A DNA stretch of 64,000 nt from Balanoglossus misakiensis (Eukaryota > Animalia > Hemichordata). The position numbers and the translations under genes are program-made. Of this stretch, positions 35,684-50,193 are shown one piece after another; position 1 is the first letter of the stretch, and the number at the start of each line of letters is the position of its first letter. Location: assembly GCA_040954595.2 (NCBI GenBank), contig CM082576.2, forward strand, positions 16,601,028 to 16,665,027, in the 5' to 3' direction. The notes beneath the pieces are model-generated. The model was not told where the DNA came from. It worked only from the letters and a program-made list of their open reading frames with translations, and made no database searches.

Positions 35684-37409
35684 TTGAACACTGGCATGTA
35701 ATGCCGCTTGTCAATCCCTAATGCTGTTTGAGTGACAACAGACACCCATGAAACTAACTGCTCCGAGAAACGCAATACTCCCTACCTTAAATAGGTTTTG
35801 GCTACCTAGGTGAGTGATGAAAAGTTCATATGGTCGACACAATTTCAAGATGGCCGATTTTTGCTATATTTAGGAAAATGGAAGTTCGTAAGCTAAAGTG
35901 ATAATGCGGGGGGGGGGGGGGCATTCTGAAACTTTGTAACGGGACAAAAACAAAATGTGAAAACGTTGAATGGGTTTAATATGCTAAGTGCAAAGACAGA
36001 GATTAACCTTCAAACCAGAAGTGTATATGCATTCATTATCTTTACTGCTTTTTACAAGAGATTTTTTTATTATTGTTTTTATGTATAGTTGGAAGTCATG
36101 AATTTTGTGTCCTTTTGTAAAAAAGATTTCTGACATTTTGTAAACTACTAAAAGTTTGTACATACAACTTGCAATAAACAGAACGTTTTGTGTCAAGTAA
36201 CCCTCAGATGTGAAGTTTTTGTTAGATTACCCAAAATACACTGGGTGGTTTAGAGAACGTACAACATCAAACTTGTTTGAAATTCAATAATGGGTATATG
36301 TCAATGCGAAGAATAGTTTTAAGATTTAGGGATGTACACGCACAACCTAAACTTGCCAACTGCGTAAATGTGTGCGCATTTGTCTCTTCCCATGGGATTC
36401 TATTGAGAATATCTAGAAAACCAACTTTTACTATTGTCGTTTTCATGAAATTTTACACACAGCTGAGTCAAATAAAAATATATTCATCAGTCAAATAAAA
36501 TTGTACAAACACCCTGGTCTATTTTGAAATAAACTTCGTTAAATGCTTTGCCCATAAACAAACCATTGGTGAAAAAATACTGAGTCAGCAGTTTTCTTCA
36601 ATTATCGACTAAATTCACAACCTCGTATTTCAAAAGCAAGCACGGTGACATCTATATTTTATTACGGATTTTCATTATACATTTAAATGAAAAACCAAAA
36701 CTACACACTTAAAGGAAAGGATAATACTTTCAATTTTACTGATCGTACATCGTATAACTTTTTCCCTGCACAATGAATATTGACAAAATTATATGAACTT
36801 GACAATGTGTATATTCTGTGCAAAACATTGTCTCAGATTGTTTTATCAAACTGATGCCTTTTACAATCTCCAATGAAAATTGGACTAGGATAATTCCAAG
36901 AGAGCCAGCTAAAAAAAACCCTTAAAGACCATATGCTAAATATGATTGTGTGAATATACGGCAGCCTTCCAACCAATCACCTGTTTTTGAGGTACACTAT
37001 TAATTAAACAAACTTCGGGTTAAAATTACAAAGTGAGAAAATGCCAGTAAAATATAGGATGTTGCTGTAATACACTGCCCCGCAAACACAACTTTTCAAT
37101 AACAGGTAAAAGGTATTTAGCATCTTTATTATCGTTGACGAGTCTTAACCTTTTACGTCTATGGACAAGAATCACTTTGTTCTTCAACAGTTCGATACAT
37201 ATTGCTGTCGCTGACGGTTACAGAGGATTTCGGATTATACTGTGCGTTCGTCGTTTAAAATAATATCCGCGTGAGGTGCATCCCTGCCACTGTAAACTTC
37301 ACCCGGTTCATCTGTCGCTAAATTATCCCCCTTCCCGGCTGCCGCCCTTTGAACGCATTCGGTACTTATGGTTGTTGTTGTGGGGCCGTCTTGTTTATTT
37401 ATTTCTGAG

Positions 37410-40400
37410 TCAACAGGTCGTGATGTTTGTGAATTTTGTGATATCGCGTCGGATTCTTTCCTTTGTGTTCATTTCTGGCTTGAAAAAGACTACACACAGC
37501 TTTGGTATATAGATACACACGAGCAAACACGTGGTGGAAACGAACATGACTATAGCTTGCGACACGGACTTCAGTTTACCATGCGTCCAAAAGGACACCG
37601 GGTAATAAATCGACCAAACACTAAAATACATGAACATAGCAAAGGTTATGAACTTTGCTTCGTTGAAGTTACTTGGAAGCTTTCTGGCCCGAAATGCAAG
37701 AATCAAACAAACTCCAGTTAGGACCCAAATATAGATACTTCTTGTCAGACCGAGAGGTAAGGAGATTTCCTTACACTGCACAAAGGTTTTAGTCTTTGAA
37801 ATCTTGTTACTTCTTTCGACTATAGGTGGCGCTATCACGTATGTTGTGACGACCAGGGCAATGTGAATGAGCAAAAATATGAATACAATGAGAAAGTGAT
37901 ATCTAGCACGAGCGAATCTTGATTGCCTCACTGAGGAAGCTAGCGGGACGTTGAAAATGTGCACAAGTTGTTGTGTTCTGACAAATATTACAGCGACGCA
38001 GCCAGTGTATGCAATGCCATTGAGTATTTGGAGTGCGCAGTGGATGTCAGTTGGTGAACCCAAATATGCAAAACAGCTCAAATAACAACAGAACAGAAAG
38101 AAGAACATGACATAGCTTAGTTCACGATTGCAAGCTTTGATGATTGGTGTATCTCTGTGATAGAGAAACGCCCCTGTGCACAGGAGAGTGAGAGCAATTC
38201 CTGTGATGACGAGAACTTCCAAAACAATCCCCATAGGTTCAGTCCATTCTAAGTAGTCAACAGTCTTCTCGATGCAAATAGTTTTGTCTTCATTTGGCCA
38301 GTAACCAGCTGGACACGGGACGCATAATTCGGCACCTACATAGTAAAATAACAGATTGACCATACCATTATAATGCTTATGAAATTGCCTTATTAATAAA
38401 TGAACAATGTCACTCGCTTTTGGCATCGCATTTATTAGTTTTTAATTATTCTTCTGTTAAAGTTGTTCTGAGAAAACCATTTCTGTTGAACATAAATGAA
38501 ATGATATACATGTACGTCTTCATGTGTTATTTCCGTGTATTACCTGTGATGTTATTGATTTCCCCTTCTGCACACGGCACGCACTGAAAACAACAAAGTG
38601 GTCTGCCATCTTGACTTGCCTTCCGTGTTCCAAGAGGGCATGGGGCGGAGCAGACTGAAACTGGTACCTGTGATTTGAAAAAAGGTTTGGGTGCATCAGC
38701 GCTTATGAGTGGAATTATGCAAAGAGACTTTCCACTGTGTTCTGAACCCTAGTATATTGCGATATATTACAGACAAAATGTGATTATTGTTCTCTTGAGG
38801 GACGATGTCCGAAAATATTCCGGACACTGTACTTGTCCAAGTCAATGACATCGGGGATAATGATCAAATCAATTTGAATATTCAGTTACTTATCATCAAT
38901 GATGTACTGTGTTACCAATAGTATATTTTTTGCATTTGTCAAGCTTTACTACCAATTCAATCTAATAACATCCATACCTGGTTGCTACCATTGTGCCACC
39001 GAATAGCATTGCCTGTTAACTGTAGTTTGTTTACTTCAGCCGAACCATCGAATAGACCAACAGTGACCAAGTCAATACCATCAGTCGTTGCATTTTGCCA
39101 GTTGTTAATTTCATATCGACCTTTGGCCCCTTCGTTGTTGTTTAAGTCGTAGTATTTCCCATCACTTCCCTTGAACTTGACCTCTTGGATATATTTCAAC
39201 AGTTGCCATGGTTGCAGGTCTGTGACGTCAGGGCAAGTTCCATTTTCTAGGAGGCCGTGTGGTTCCCTACAACTTATGATGTTATCAATGGCATGGCCAA
39301 TAGCAGAAACAGCTAGGTACACATTGTACGAAACCCTATAATTGTCACTTTTGTAAGATCTTGTTTCGTTGAATCTGCGATCATCGGCGCATGTTGGGAA
39401 ACTGTCGTCGGCCAATGGTACTGTCGTTAAATCGGACGTTTGACCATTAGACTCACTTGGGGATCTGTAATCAACTGTCGCTGAGTTGTGTGACGTCGCG
39501 GGGTCTTCTTCACCTGTTACTTTTTCTGTCACAAGTTCACTGGTTGAATTGACGAAAATACCAAGTCCTTCATTTGCATAATTCATTTCCTGCTTTCCAC
39601 CGCCAGTGTTATGCATCGGCATCGCACAACCAAATTCTTCCAGCCATAACTCCTCAAGGAATGGATTCCTGTGCTCGGCCTTGAATGGTGACAGATTTTT
39701 CAAATAATCACTGAAGCCTGGAATGTGACCATAGGGCAAAACTACACCTATAGTCCCCTCCATGGGATAGTACACACCATCGGCAACATACGTGTTATCG
39801 GACCATGTTTCAGTTACTAACCAAATGCGGTCTGTAAATAAGCAGATAATCTGAAGTTGAATATCATTGCTGATAGAATGTTATGTGGAGTCAGTGATAG
39901 AATTTGTCGACCCTATAAAATGTGAAGACGCAGATGTCAGGTGGTGCTAGCTCAGTGAAGGGTCATCACCCACCCAAAACTGCGGAGACCCACACCAAAT
40001 GCAGTTTGCGGCTTATTACACTAATGCAATTTGCTTTGGGGACTGCACTAATTCTATAAAACGACAAAAGCGGCCTAGAGTCTGCTTATCGCTAACTCCT
40101 CTGATAACCAACGACTTTTTGGCCGGTTTCCAATGGTACATACGAAATGTTTAATTGCACTAGCACTGCTTTGAATACATCAGCGTTGTCCCGCAGCAAT
40201 GCTGGGCAGTGACTACTTAACGACCTCACACGACGGAACTGCGGTGTGGTCTTCATGAATTCACCTCTCAGTTTAGCCAAGGTGACCAAATGGAAGTTAT
40301 ACCTGTAATGCCTTGAAGCGAAGTTTCCTTAAGGAACGCTTTCGCTGCCTCTGTTGCAAGGAACGTGGCTACAACCTTAATGGACGTGTCTTCCCGGAGC

Positions 40401-41155
40401 ATGTTGATTACTTCCCTGACTTTTGCTTCATTCTTATTCATCGGGATGAGTTCTCTAAAAGCCACACAGACGCCGCGTTCTTCGACCCCATCGACGACTT
40501 CTTGTATTCCCTGGCGACCGTAGTCATCGTCTGATGCAACCGCAGCTATCCACTCCCAACCAAAATGAGAAATCAGTTCCACCATGGCTAGCGACTGGGT
40601 CACATCACTTGGAATTGTTCGCAGAAAGGACCTGTACTGCATTGTGTCGCTCAGTAGGGGACTGCTCGAGGAATAGCTAATCATGGGTATGTTGTATATA
40701 CCAAGCATAACACTCACTGCCATAGAAACCGATGATCGAGCCGCCCCAATTACCGCTTTCACGGACTCGCCTCCAGTTGCAGGTTGGATGAGTTCCATGA
40801 CCTCTTCAGCCGCTGGCGACACCGAATCACAGCTATCCCGAATGTCGTATCCCAGGGTGAGACCAGGCACAAAATTGGCATCGTTGTTGATTTCTTCCAC
40901 AGCGAACCTCATGGCTTCCGCAAGGCGATAACTGCGTGGGTCGAACCGGGAACACACATCTCTGATGGGACCGGATTCAAGACTTCCGTCGTGACGGTGC
41001 AGTTGCATATGAAATGGGAATATTCCTCCAATGACAATGTCTCCATGTTTGTAGATACGTTTGTGTTTTGTCGTCGTCGCTTTGCTTTCTTGTAGAAAGA
41101 AAACACCGGCAAGTGTGACCACTAACACGTGTCTAAGACACACGAACTTGGTCAT
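37410..41155 (-). CDS. Class C GPCR, CaSR/V2R/GPRC6A-like, copy 1 (918 aa, C-tail truncated)
   Basis: Exons 41155-40303, 39831-38978, 38667-38544 (124-nt cysteine-rich exon) and 38335-37410. Signal peptide, GDIVIGGIF, AMRFAVEEIN, LGYDIRDSC, SFLRTIPSD, DDDYGR, CCFQCVPC, TPIIKACNRELSY, LPSNFNEAKFITF. Confidence 0.92.
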
Positions 41156-41999
41156 CTTGGTACTTCAACAGCCAATTTTGTGTTTAAAAAACTCACTGAT
41201 GTGCTCACCATAAGTCTGTGCCAAACACTGTTGTCGGTAATGTTTACTAATGGATATAAGTTAAAATATTCCAATTTGCGGGTAATGTAATATTTATAAA
41301 CCAATCAATATTTATAACCCAAGGTTATGGTAATGTGTTCTCCTTGCTAAGGACACTTGCTGGTAAAATGCGAAAAGGCTTCATTTGTTGCATAATTTGT
41401 AACCAGTGAATGGATATATAGACGCTGGTAAGAAATAAGCGTAGTAGACTGAGCTTTTGGTAAATTTAAATTGCTTTCCAGAGAGCTTGTTTCATTTGTT
41501 TGAGTCTGTGAGATGTTGCCACAGTTATCGTTATCAACTAACGATAATTAACAAGTCGGTATTTCCGTGTCTTAGCAGTTGCTATTAAGACCATCCATTT
41601 GAAGGCGGCCATAGTTATGGAAACGAAGCTTGATAATATAATAATTACTGAAGCTTGCAATAATGAAAATTAACCCTAATTAATCTAATGACAAGGCACA
41701 TCGACAGTGGACCCTGGAGAATAACACGAACTTACCAATTGCAAGAATGGCAATTAGTTACAGACTGCTGAATTTTATTTGCGCCTACGTCCTTGAATAC
41801 ATATTCAGGGTGGCAGTAGTGGTAGAAATTGGTAGAAATGTTGCCATTTCGTTTGTATTTTGGTTCACACACGTGAGCTAATGTCATACCGATTTCTGTC
41901 TGTGTGTCCCTGTGTGTCACATTTACATTTCAATTTGTTACCTAATCTCGCAGATTATTTTCTTTCAAGGGGATAAAAGAGCCGAATTCGATCCAGTGT

Positions 42000-42420
42000 A
42001 GGTTCTTTTATCAGATATTCACTGCAAGTAGGCTTCACTCCGACTGCTGAAGTCCAAAATCGATGTCAGTTTTCGTGAAAAGCGCCTCCGTGAGCTTTGA
42101 CTGAGAAAGGCGGCAGGTGTTCGCTGTCGTGTCAAAAATGTTCAGTAGTGACATGGTTTGGTCGTGTAAATCCAATATGTCCATACAGGTGCGTAGATTC
42201 ATTTGAATGGACTCTATGGAACTGACGCAATGCCATGGAAGCTTATGACTCGGACCCGCCACACATTCTCAGAATCAAGGAAAGATTTAAACGGCAACTC
42301 ACACTCTTTCAGCCGCACTCCAGCAAGGAGAGGGAATACTACGACAAGTTGTTGGGCGACAAACTGAGAACGGATCTGCAGAGCATCCTGCGGTGGCAGA
42401 GGAGGTTGCACAACTTGAGC
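42000..42420 (+). pseudogene. Decayed exon-like remnants of an unidentified gene, partly duplicated at ~47930-48242
   Basis: Acceptor-like sites at ~42001 and ~42188 are followed by protein-like frames with in-frame stops (VLLSDIHCK*ASLRLLKSKIDVSFREKRLREL*LRKAAG; A*IHLNGLYGTDAMPWKLM). Family not recognised. Confidence 0.3.
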
Positions 42421-43191
42421 ATCGGGTCCTCCCTGTTATGGGGTGCCATGTGTTAACTTATTATTTAGCTATATTATTTGTTCAAAAGTCGTTATTTAAC
42501 ATACTTATATGTATGTAATTATAGATTTGCAAACCATTTAAGTCCTGACAATTTATTTATAAATAATTTCAAGTCGATTCAATTATATATATAAAATGTA
42601 TTTTATGCTCTTTTATTTATATATAATAAATTATTTATAAACAATGTCAGTGTCAGTCTATTATATGCATATAATAAATGATTTGCACAATTATTTATAT
42701 ATAATGAATTATTTATAAATAATAAAAATGTAAGTGTATTATATATATATCATGAGTGATTTACATAATTATTTATATGTAACTAATACGGACATCACTC
42801 GAATACGGCGCGTTATCGACCAAAATTCGTGTAATAACCCCTAAGTACTACTATGCCTGTGGGCTGTTGAGGATATCTGATTACACTGTGCGGTCGTCGT
42901 TTCAAGCATCGAAAAGTCTGGTTATTGGAAGGTAATTTAAATTGCTTGTCACGTGATAGTTGTGTAAACAATTTTCAGACTGAATTAACAATAATGCTCT
43001 CCTATATCTAAGTTTCAGAAAACATATGGTTTTAGGGAATTCTTAGCTAGATAATTAACAGAGAAATGTTTATTTCAAAAAGTAAATTTCTTATCTCGTA
43101 TTCTTAAAGTCAAAGGATATTATTGATATTTTAAATTTAAATTATTCACTGATACATATTACTGTTACTGCCGGCTATAGAGAATTTCGGA

Positions 43192-46100
43192 TTATACTGT
43201 GCGTTCGTCGTTTAAAATAATATCCGCGTGAGGTGCATCCCTGCCACTGTAAACTTCACCCGGTTCATCTGTCGCTAAATTATCCCCCTTCCTGGCTGCC
43301 GCCCTTTGAACACTTTCGATACCTATGGTTGTTGTTGTGGGGCCGTCTTGTTTATTCATTTCTGAGTCAACAGGTCGTGATGTTTGTTTCTCGGTGAATT
43401 TTGTGATATCGCGTCGGATTCTTTCCTTTGTGTTCATTTCTGGCTTAAAAAAGACGAAGTACAGCTTTGGTATATAGATACACACGAGCAAACACGTGGT
43501 GGACACGAACATGACTATAGCTTGCGACACGGACTTCAGTTTACCATGCGTCCAAAAGGACACTGGGTAATAAATCGACCAAACACTAAAATACATGAAC
43601 ATAGCAAAGGTTATGAACTTTGCTTCGTTGAAGTTACTTGGGAGCTTTCTGGCCCGAAATGCAAGAATCAAACAAACTCCAGTTAGGACCCAAATATAGA
43701 TACTTCTTGTCAGACCGAGAGGTAGGGAGGTTTCCTTACACTGCACGAAGGTTTTAGTCTTTGAAATCTCGTTACTTCTTTCGACTATAGGTGGTGCTAT
43801 CACGTATGTTGTGACGACCAGGGCAATGTGAATGAGCAAAAATATTAATATAATGAGAAAGTGATATCTAGCACGAGCGAATCTTGATTGCTTTACTGAC
43901 GAAGCTAGCGGGACGTTGAAAATGTGCACAAGTTGTTGTGTTCTGACAAATATTACAGCAACGCAGCCAGTGTATGCAATGCCATTGAGTATTTGGAGTG
44001 CGCAGTGGATGTCAGTTGGTGAACCCAAATATGCAAAACAGCTCAAATAACAACAGAACAGAAAGAAGAACATGACATAGCTTAATTCACGATTGCAAGC
44101 TTTGATGATTGGTGTATCTCTGTGATAGAGAAACGCCCCTGTGCACAGGAGAGTGAGAGCAATTCCTGTGATGACGAGAACTTCCAAAACAATCCCCATA
44201 GGTTCAGTCCATTCTAAGTAGTCAACAGTCTTCTCGATGCAAATAGTCTTGTCTTCGTTCGGCCAGTAACCAGTTGGACACGGAACGCATAATTCGGCAC
44301 CTACACAGTTAAAGAACAGAACCATACCATTATAATGCTTGTGAAATTGTCTTATTAATAAATGAACAAAGTCACTCGCTTTTGGCATCATATCTATTAG
44401 TGTATAATTATTCTTCTGTTAAAGTTTTTCAGACAAAACCATTTCCGTTGACCATAAATGATATACGTCTTCATGTGTTATTTACGTGTATTACCTGTGA
44501 TGTTATTGATTTCCCCTTCTGCACACGGCACGCACTGAAAACAACAGAGTGGTCTGCCATCTTGATTTGCCTTCCGTGTTCCAAGAGGGCATGGGGCGGA
44601 GCAGACTGAAACTGGTACCTGTGATTTGAAAAAGGCTGCATCAGCGCTTATGAGTGGAATTATGGAAAGAGACTTTCCAGTGTGTTCTGAACCCCAGTAT
44701 ATAGCGATTTATTACAGACAAAATGTGATTATTGTTCTCTTGAGGGAAGATGTCCGAAAAGATCCCGGACACTTACTTGTCCAAGTCAATGACATCAGGT
44801 ATAATGATTACTTCAGTTTGAATATTCAGTTTCCTATCATCAATGATGTACTGTGTTACCAATAATAGTTTTTGCATTTGTCAAGCTTTACTACCAATTC
44901 AATCTAATAACATCCATACCTGGTTGCTACCATTGTGCCACCGAATAGCATTGCTTGTTAACTGCAGTTTGTTTACTTCAGCCGAGCCATCGAATAGACC
45001 AACAGTGACCAAGTCAATACCATCAGTCGTTGCATTTTGCCAGTTGTTAATTTCATATCGACCTTTGGCCCCTTCGTTGTTGTTTAAGTCGTAGTATTTC
45101 CCATCACTTCCCTTGAACTTGACCTCTTGGATATATTTCAATAGTTGCCATGGTTGCAGGTCTGTGACGTCAGGGCAAGTTCCATTTTCTAGGAGACCGT
45201 GTGGTTCCCTACAACTTATGATGTTATCAATGGCATGGCCAATAGCGGAAACAGCTAGGTACACATTGTACGACACCCTGTAATTGTCACTTTTGTAAGA
45301 TCTTGTTTCGTTGAATCTGTGATCATCGGTGCATGTTGGGAGACTGTCCTCGGCCAATGGTACTGTCGTTAGCTCGGACGTTTGACCATTAGACGCACTT
45401 GGGGATCTGTAATCAACTGTCGCTGAGTTGTGTGACGTCGCGGGGTCTTCTTCACCCGTTACTTTTTCTGTCACAAGTTCACTGGTTGAATTGACGAAAA
45501 CACCAAGTCCCTCATTTGCATAATCCATTTCCCGCTTTGCACTGCCAGTGTTATGCATCGGCATCGCACATCCAAATTCTTCCAGCCATAACTTCTCAAG
45601 GAATGGATTCCTGTGCTCGGCCTTGAATGGTGACAGATTTTTCAAATAATCACTGAAGCCTGGAATGTGACCACGAGGCAAAACTACACCTATAGTCCCC
45701 TCCATGGGATAGTACACACCATCGGCAACATAAGTGTTATCGGACCATGTTTCAGTTGCTAACCATATGCGGTCTGTAAATAAGCAGATAAACTGAAGTT
45801 GAATATCATTGCTGATAAAATGTTATGTGGAGTCAGTGATAGAATTCGTCGACCCTATAAAATGTGAAGACGCAGATGTCAGGTGGTGCTAGCTTAGTGA
45901 AGGGTCATCACTCACCCAAAACTGCGGAGACCCACACCAAATACAGTTTGCGGCTTATTACACTGATGCAATTTGCTTTGGGGACTGCACTAATTCTATA
46001 AAACGACAAAAGCCGCCTAGAGTCTGCTTTTGCTAACTCCCCTGATAACCAACGACTTTTGGCCGGCTTCCAATGGTACATACGAAAGGTTTAATTGCAC

Positions 46101-47093
46101 TAGCACTGCTTTGAATACATCAGCGTTGTCCCGCAGCAATGCTGGGCAGTGACTACTTAACGACCTCACACGACGGAACTGCAGTGTGGTCTTCATAAAT
46201 TCACCTCAGTTTAGCCAAGGTGACCAAATGGAAGTTATACCTGTAATGCCTTGACGCGAAGCTTCCTTAAGGAACGCTGTTGCTTCCTCTGGTGCAAGGA
46301 AAGTGGCTACAACCTTAATGGACGTGTCTTCCCGGAGCATGTTGATTACTTCCCTGACTTTTGCTTCATTCTTATTCACCGGGATGAGTTCTCTAAAAGC
46401 CACACAGACGCCGCGTTCTACGACCCCATCGACGACTTCTTGTATTCCCGGGCGACCGTAGTCATCGTCTGAGCCAACCGCAGCTATCCACTCCCAACCA
46501 AAATGAGAAATCAGTTCCACCATGGCTAGCGACTGGGTCACATCACTTGGAATTGTTCGCAGAAAGGACCTGTACTGCATTGTGTCGCTCAGTAGGGAAC
46601 TGCTCGCGGAATAGCTAATCATAGGTATGTTGTATATACCAAGCATAACACTCACTGCCATAGAAACCGATGATCGAGCCGCCCCGATTACCGCTTTCAC
46701 GGACTCGCCTCCAGTTGCAGGTTGGATGAGTTCCATGACCTCTTCAGCCGCTGGCGACACCGAATCACAGCTATCCCGAATGTCGTATCCCAGGGTGAGA
46801 CCAGGCACAAAATTGGCATCGTTGTTGATTTCTTCCACAGCGAACTTCATGGCTTCCGCAAGGCGATAACTGCGTGGGTCGAACCGGGAACACACATCTC
46901 TGATGGGACCGGATTCAAGACTTCCGTCGTGTCGGTGCAGTTGCATATGAAATGAGAATATTCCTCCAATGACAATGTCTCCATGTTTGTAGATACGTTT
47001 GTGTTTTGTCGTCGTCGCTTTGCTTTCTTGTAGAAAGAAAACACCGGCAAGTGTGGCCACTAACACGTGTGTAAGAAACACGAACTTGGTCAT
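43192..47093 (-). CDS. Class C GPCR, CaSR/V2R/GPRC6A-like, copy 2 (979 aa, full length)
   Basis: Exons 47093-46241, 45773-44920, 44618-44495 and 44300-43192 (2940 nt in frame). Same motifs as copy 1, including DDDYGRPG. Confidence 0.93.
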
Positions 47094-48402
47094 CTTGCTA
47101 CTTCAACAGCCAATTTTGTGTTTAAAAAACTCACTGATGTGCTCACCATAAGTCTGTGCCAAACACTGTTGTCGGTAATGTTTACTAATGGATATTAGTG
47201 AAAATATTCCAATTTGCGGGTAATGTAATATTTATAAACCAATCAATATTTATAACCCAAGGTTATGGTAATGTGTTCTCCTTGCTTTTGACACTTGCTG
47301 GTAAAATGCGAAAAGGCTTCATTTGTTGCATAATGTGTAACCAGTGAATGGATATATAGACGCTGGTAAGAAACAAGCGTAGTAGACTGAGCTTTTGGTA
47401 AATTCAAGTTGCTTTCCAGATAGCTTGTTTCATTTGTTTGAGTCTGTAAGATGTTGCCACAGTTATCGTTATCAACTAACGATAATTAACAAGTCGGTAT
47501 TTCCGTTTCTTAGAAATTGTTATTAAGACCCTCCGTTTCAAGACGACCATAGTTATGGAAACGAAGCTTGATAACATAATTATTACTGAGGCTTGCAATT
47601 ATGAAAATTAATCTAATGACAAGGCACATCGACATTGGACCCTGGGGAAATTCACAAACTTACCAATTGCAAGAATGGCAATTAGTTACAGACTGCTGAA
47701 CTTTATTTGCGCATACGTCCTTGAATACAGGGTGGCAGTAGTGGTAGAAATTGGTAGAAATGTTCCCATTTCGTGTGCATTTTCGTTCACACACGTGAGC
47801 TAATGTCATACCGATTTCTGTCTGTGAGTGTATGTCCATGTGTGTCACATTTACATTTCAATTTGTTACCTAATCTCGCAGATTATTTTCTTTCAAGGGG
47901 ATAAAATAGTCGAATTCGAACCAGTGTAGGTTCTTTTATCAGATATTCACTGGAAGTAGGCTTCACTCCGACTGCTGAAGTTCAAAATCGATGAAAGTTT
48001 ACGTGAAAAGCGCCTCCGCGAGCTTTGACTGAGAAAGGCGGCAGGTGTTCGCTGTCGTGTTAAGCATCCTTCAAATTTATTCAGTAGTGACATGGTTTGG
48101 TCGTGTAAACACAATGTGTCCATACAGGTGCGTAGATTCATTTGAATGGACTCTATGGAACTGACGCAATGCCATGGAAGCTTATGACTCGGACCCACCA
48201 CACGTACTCAGAATCAAGGAAAGGTTTAATCGGCAACTCACAGCTGCACACCAACAAGTAGACTCTACAGCAGTCGCTGTGCCTGTCGATAATATTAATT
48301 TTACAAAGCCAATGCATTAAACTTAAGTAAAGTGTGATGAAAACTAAATCAACTATTTCTTTGTATCTGCTTATAGTCATAACATTTCTAATTCTTCTTC
48401 AG

Positions 48403-48950
48403 GAGTCACATATAGAAATATGACTACCAGCACAACACATCGGCCAATATTCCCCAAACCAACTGGCCCCAATGTTTGCAGCAGCAGCAGCAACAACAAC
48501 AACAATAACAACAGCACCTGCATTCTAGAAACAAGTGGCTTGAGAAATCCCTTATTGTCAGAAGCTAACCTCAGCCTACCACTTAAGAAAGTATATTTTC
48601 CGTTCCTTGATCTATTCCTGCACATATATTATTTGGTATTTTTAAAATTCTTTGTTTTCAAGTTAAATGAAGTTACATGTACAGTCATATATTTGTGTAT
48701 AGTATTACATAACTTTGTTGACTTTCATTTCTTTTTGTAACAGGTTGAGATATCCTCACTACAGAAGGTCATCAGCACTGGCATTCCACAAGTCATTGCT
48801 GCTGCTGCATGTTTTGAAGAATGCCATCCAAGGGAGAATTTTACAAGATTTAAAGCGAGAGTGTGAAGATTTATCAAAGAAAAGCGACGGGAAATCATCA
48901 GTGTTGAGGTATACAAAGTAAAGGAAATATTTGTCCGACGGGGACTAATA
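48403..48950 (+). pseudogene. Spliced, frameshifted gene remnant, possibly from a large DNA transposon
   Basis: Exon-like blocks 48403-48590 and 48744-~48950. The segment ILQDLKRECEDLSKKSDGKSSVLR recalls transposon-associated invertebrate ORFs; the assignment is uncertain. Confidence 0.3.
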
Positions 48951-50193
48951 AAACTAAAAATATTATGACATACAGAAACTTGTGTGACAGACTTGAGGGA
49001 AAAAACACAACACTTTCTTTTTTTGACTATAAATTGAAGACTGTTTTATTGCAAGTTGAAACTATGATTCATGCCAATAAAATTTGTTTAAAACGTCACT
49101 ATATGTAGCCATCATTTAATGAGGTGATGCAGGTTCACTGGTGATTTTTTTGGTGACTTCCATTCAAAGGAATGTTTTTGAATACTTCTCAAAAACTATT
49201 AATGAGATCAATAGTTAAACATAAAAAAAATATGTCGACAGCACATCAAGACAAACTATCTTTCTTGATTATGAATTTTCCTGCCAAAATTTAAAAAACA
49301 ACAACAATTCTTTAAGTTTTCAGCAAGTTTTGGGCATGTATCAACTTTATTTTAGACCAGAATTCAAAATAGTTTCTGTTTTGTATGACCACCATCACAA
49401 ATGTCTTTGCTCTTGTAAGCCTGTATTCTTGTCAGTTCATCACCACCAGGACACCACTCATTGAATAGAGAGATTGTAGAGTTTTGATTTCTTTCTAAGA
49501 ACTTTGTGAATAGCTGAGGTCTTCACTGGATACAACTTATAGTCTAATCTATTTTATCCCTGCATATAATAACTAGGCGAAAGACTCCATCAAACTTGAC
49601 AGAATTTGAGTGGACACCAATTGTTATTTTACTAGCTCTACTGATGTTTATCGTTTCATGAATGTCTACATATCATCTCTGACCCTCCCAAATGACCAGA
49701 AGAAAGAAAAGGAGCCAGAAAAGTCCAACCGTAAACTCCAGCAGTGAACAAAGCCCTAAGTCTAAGCGCACCAAGATGGCCGACTCGAAGAAGACGTCGC
49801 CTACCATAACCGAGTCTACACCATACACGGATATCAAAATCCAGTTGTCGGAAATATTAGGAACCTTGGCTAATCTTGGAAAACAAATCGAAAAGATCTC
49901 CACCATTGAAAGACGTCTGTCAGAAGTACAAAAGTCAGTAGATTACGTAAGTGATTATTTTGAAGATTTTCGAGAACAAATAAATGAAATAAAATCTGAT
50001 ACAAATCAGCTAAAAGCCGATAACAGCAGACTACAAGATCAATACGCAAAACGAATTACAAGAGTTACAACAGTACAGCCGTCGCAACAACCTGGAAATA
50101 GCTGGTATTCCACAAAGAAAAGAAGAAGACACCAATGAAATTGTTATACGGATAGCTGCTGCTGTTGGTGTGACTATCACCCATAATGATATA

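Larger units (their letters stand above)
37190..48245. repeat. Recent direct tandem duplication (~37190-42305 and ~43150-48242)
   Basis: Exons, introns and ~1.1 kb of upstream DNA align closely with an offset of ~5.94 kb. An AT-rich spacer lies at ~42460-42790. Confidence 0.95.

Noticed and set aside
43192-43206. PDZ-binding motif at the end of receptor copy 2 (ERTV)
   Set aside because: Position -2 is Arg, which does not fit class I or class II consensus.
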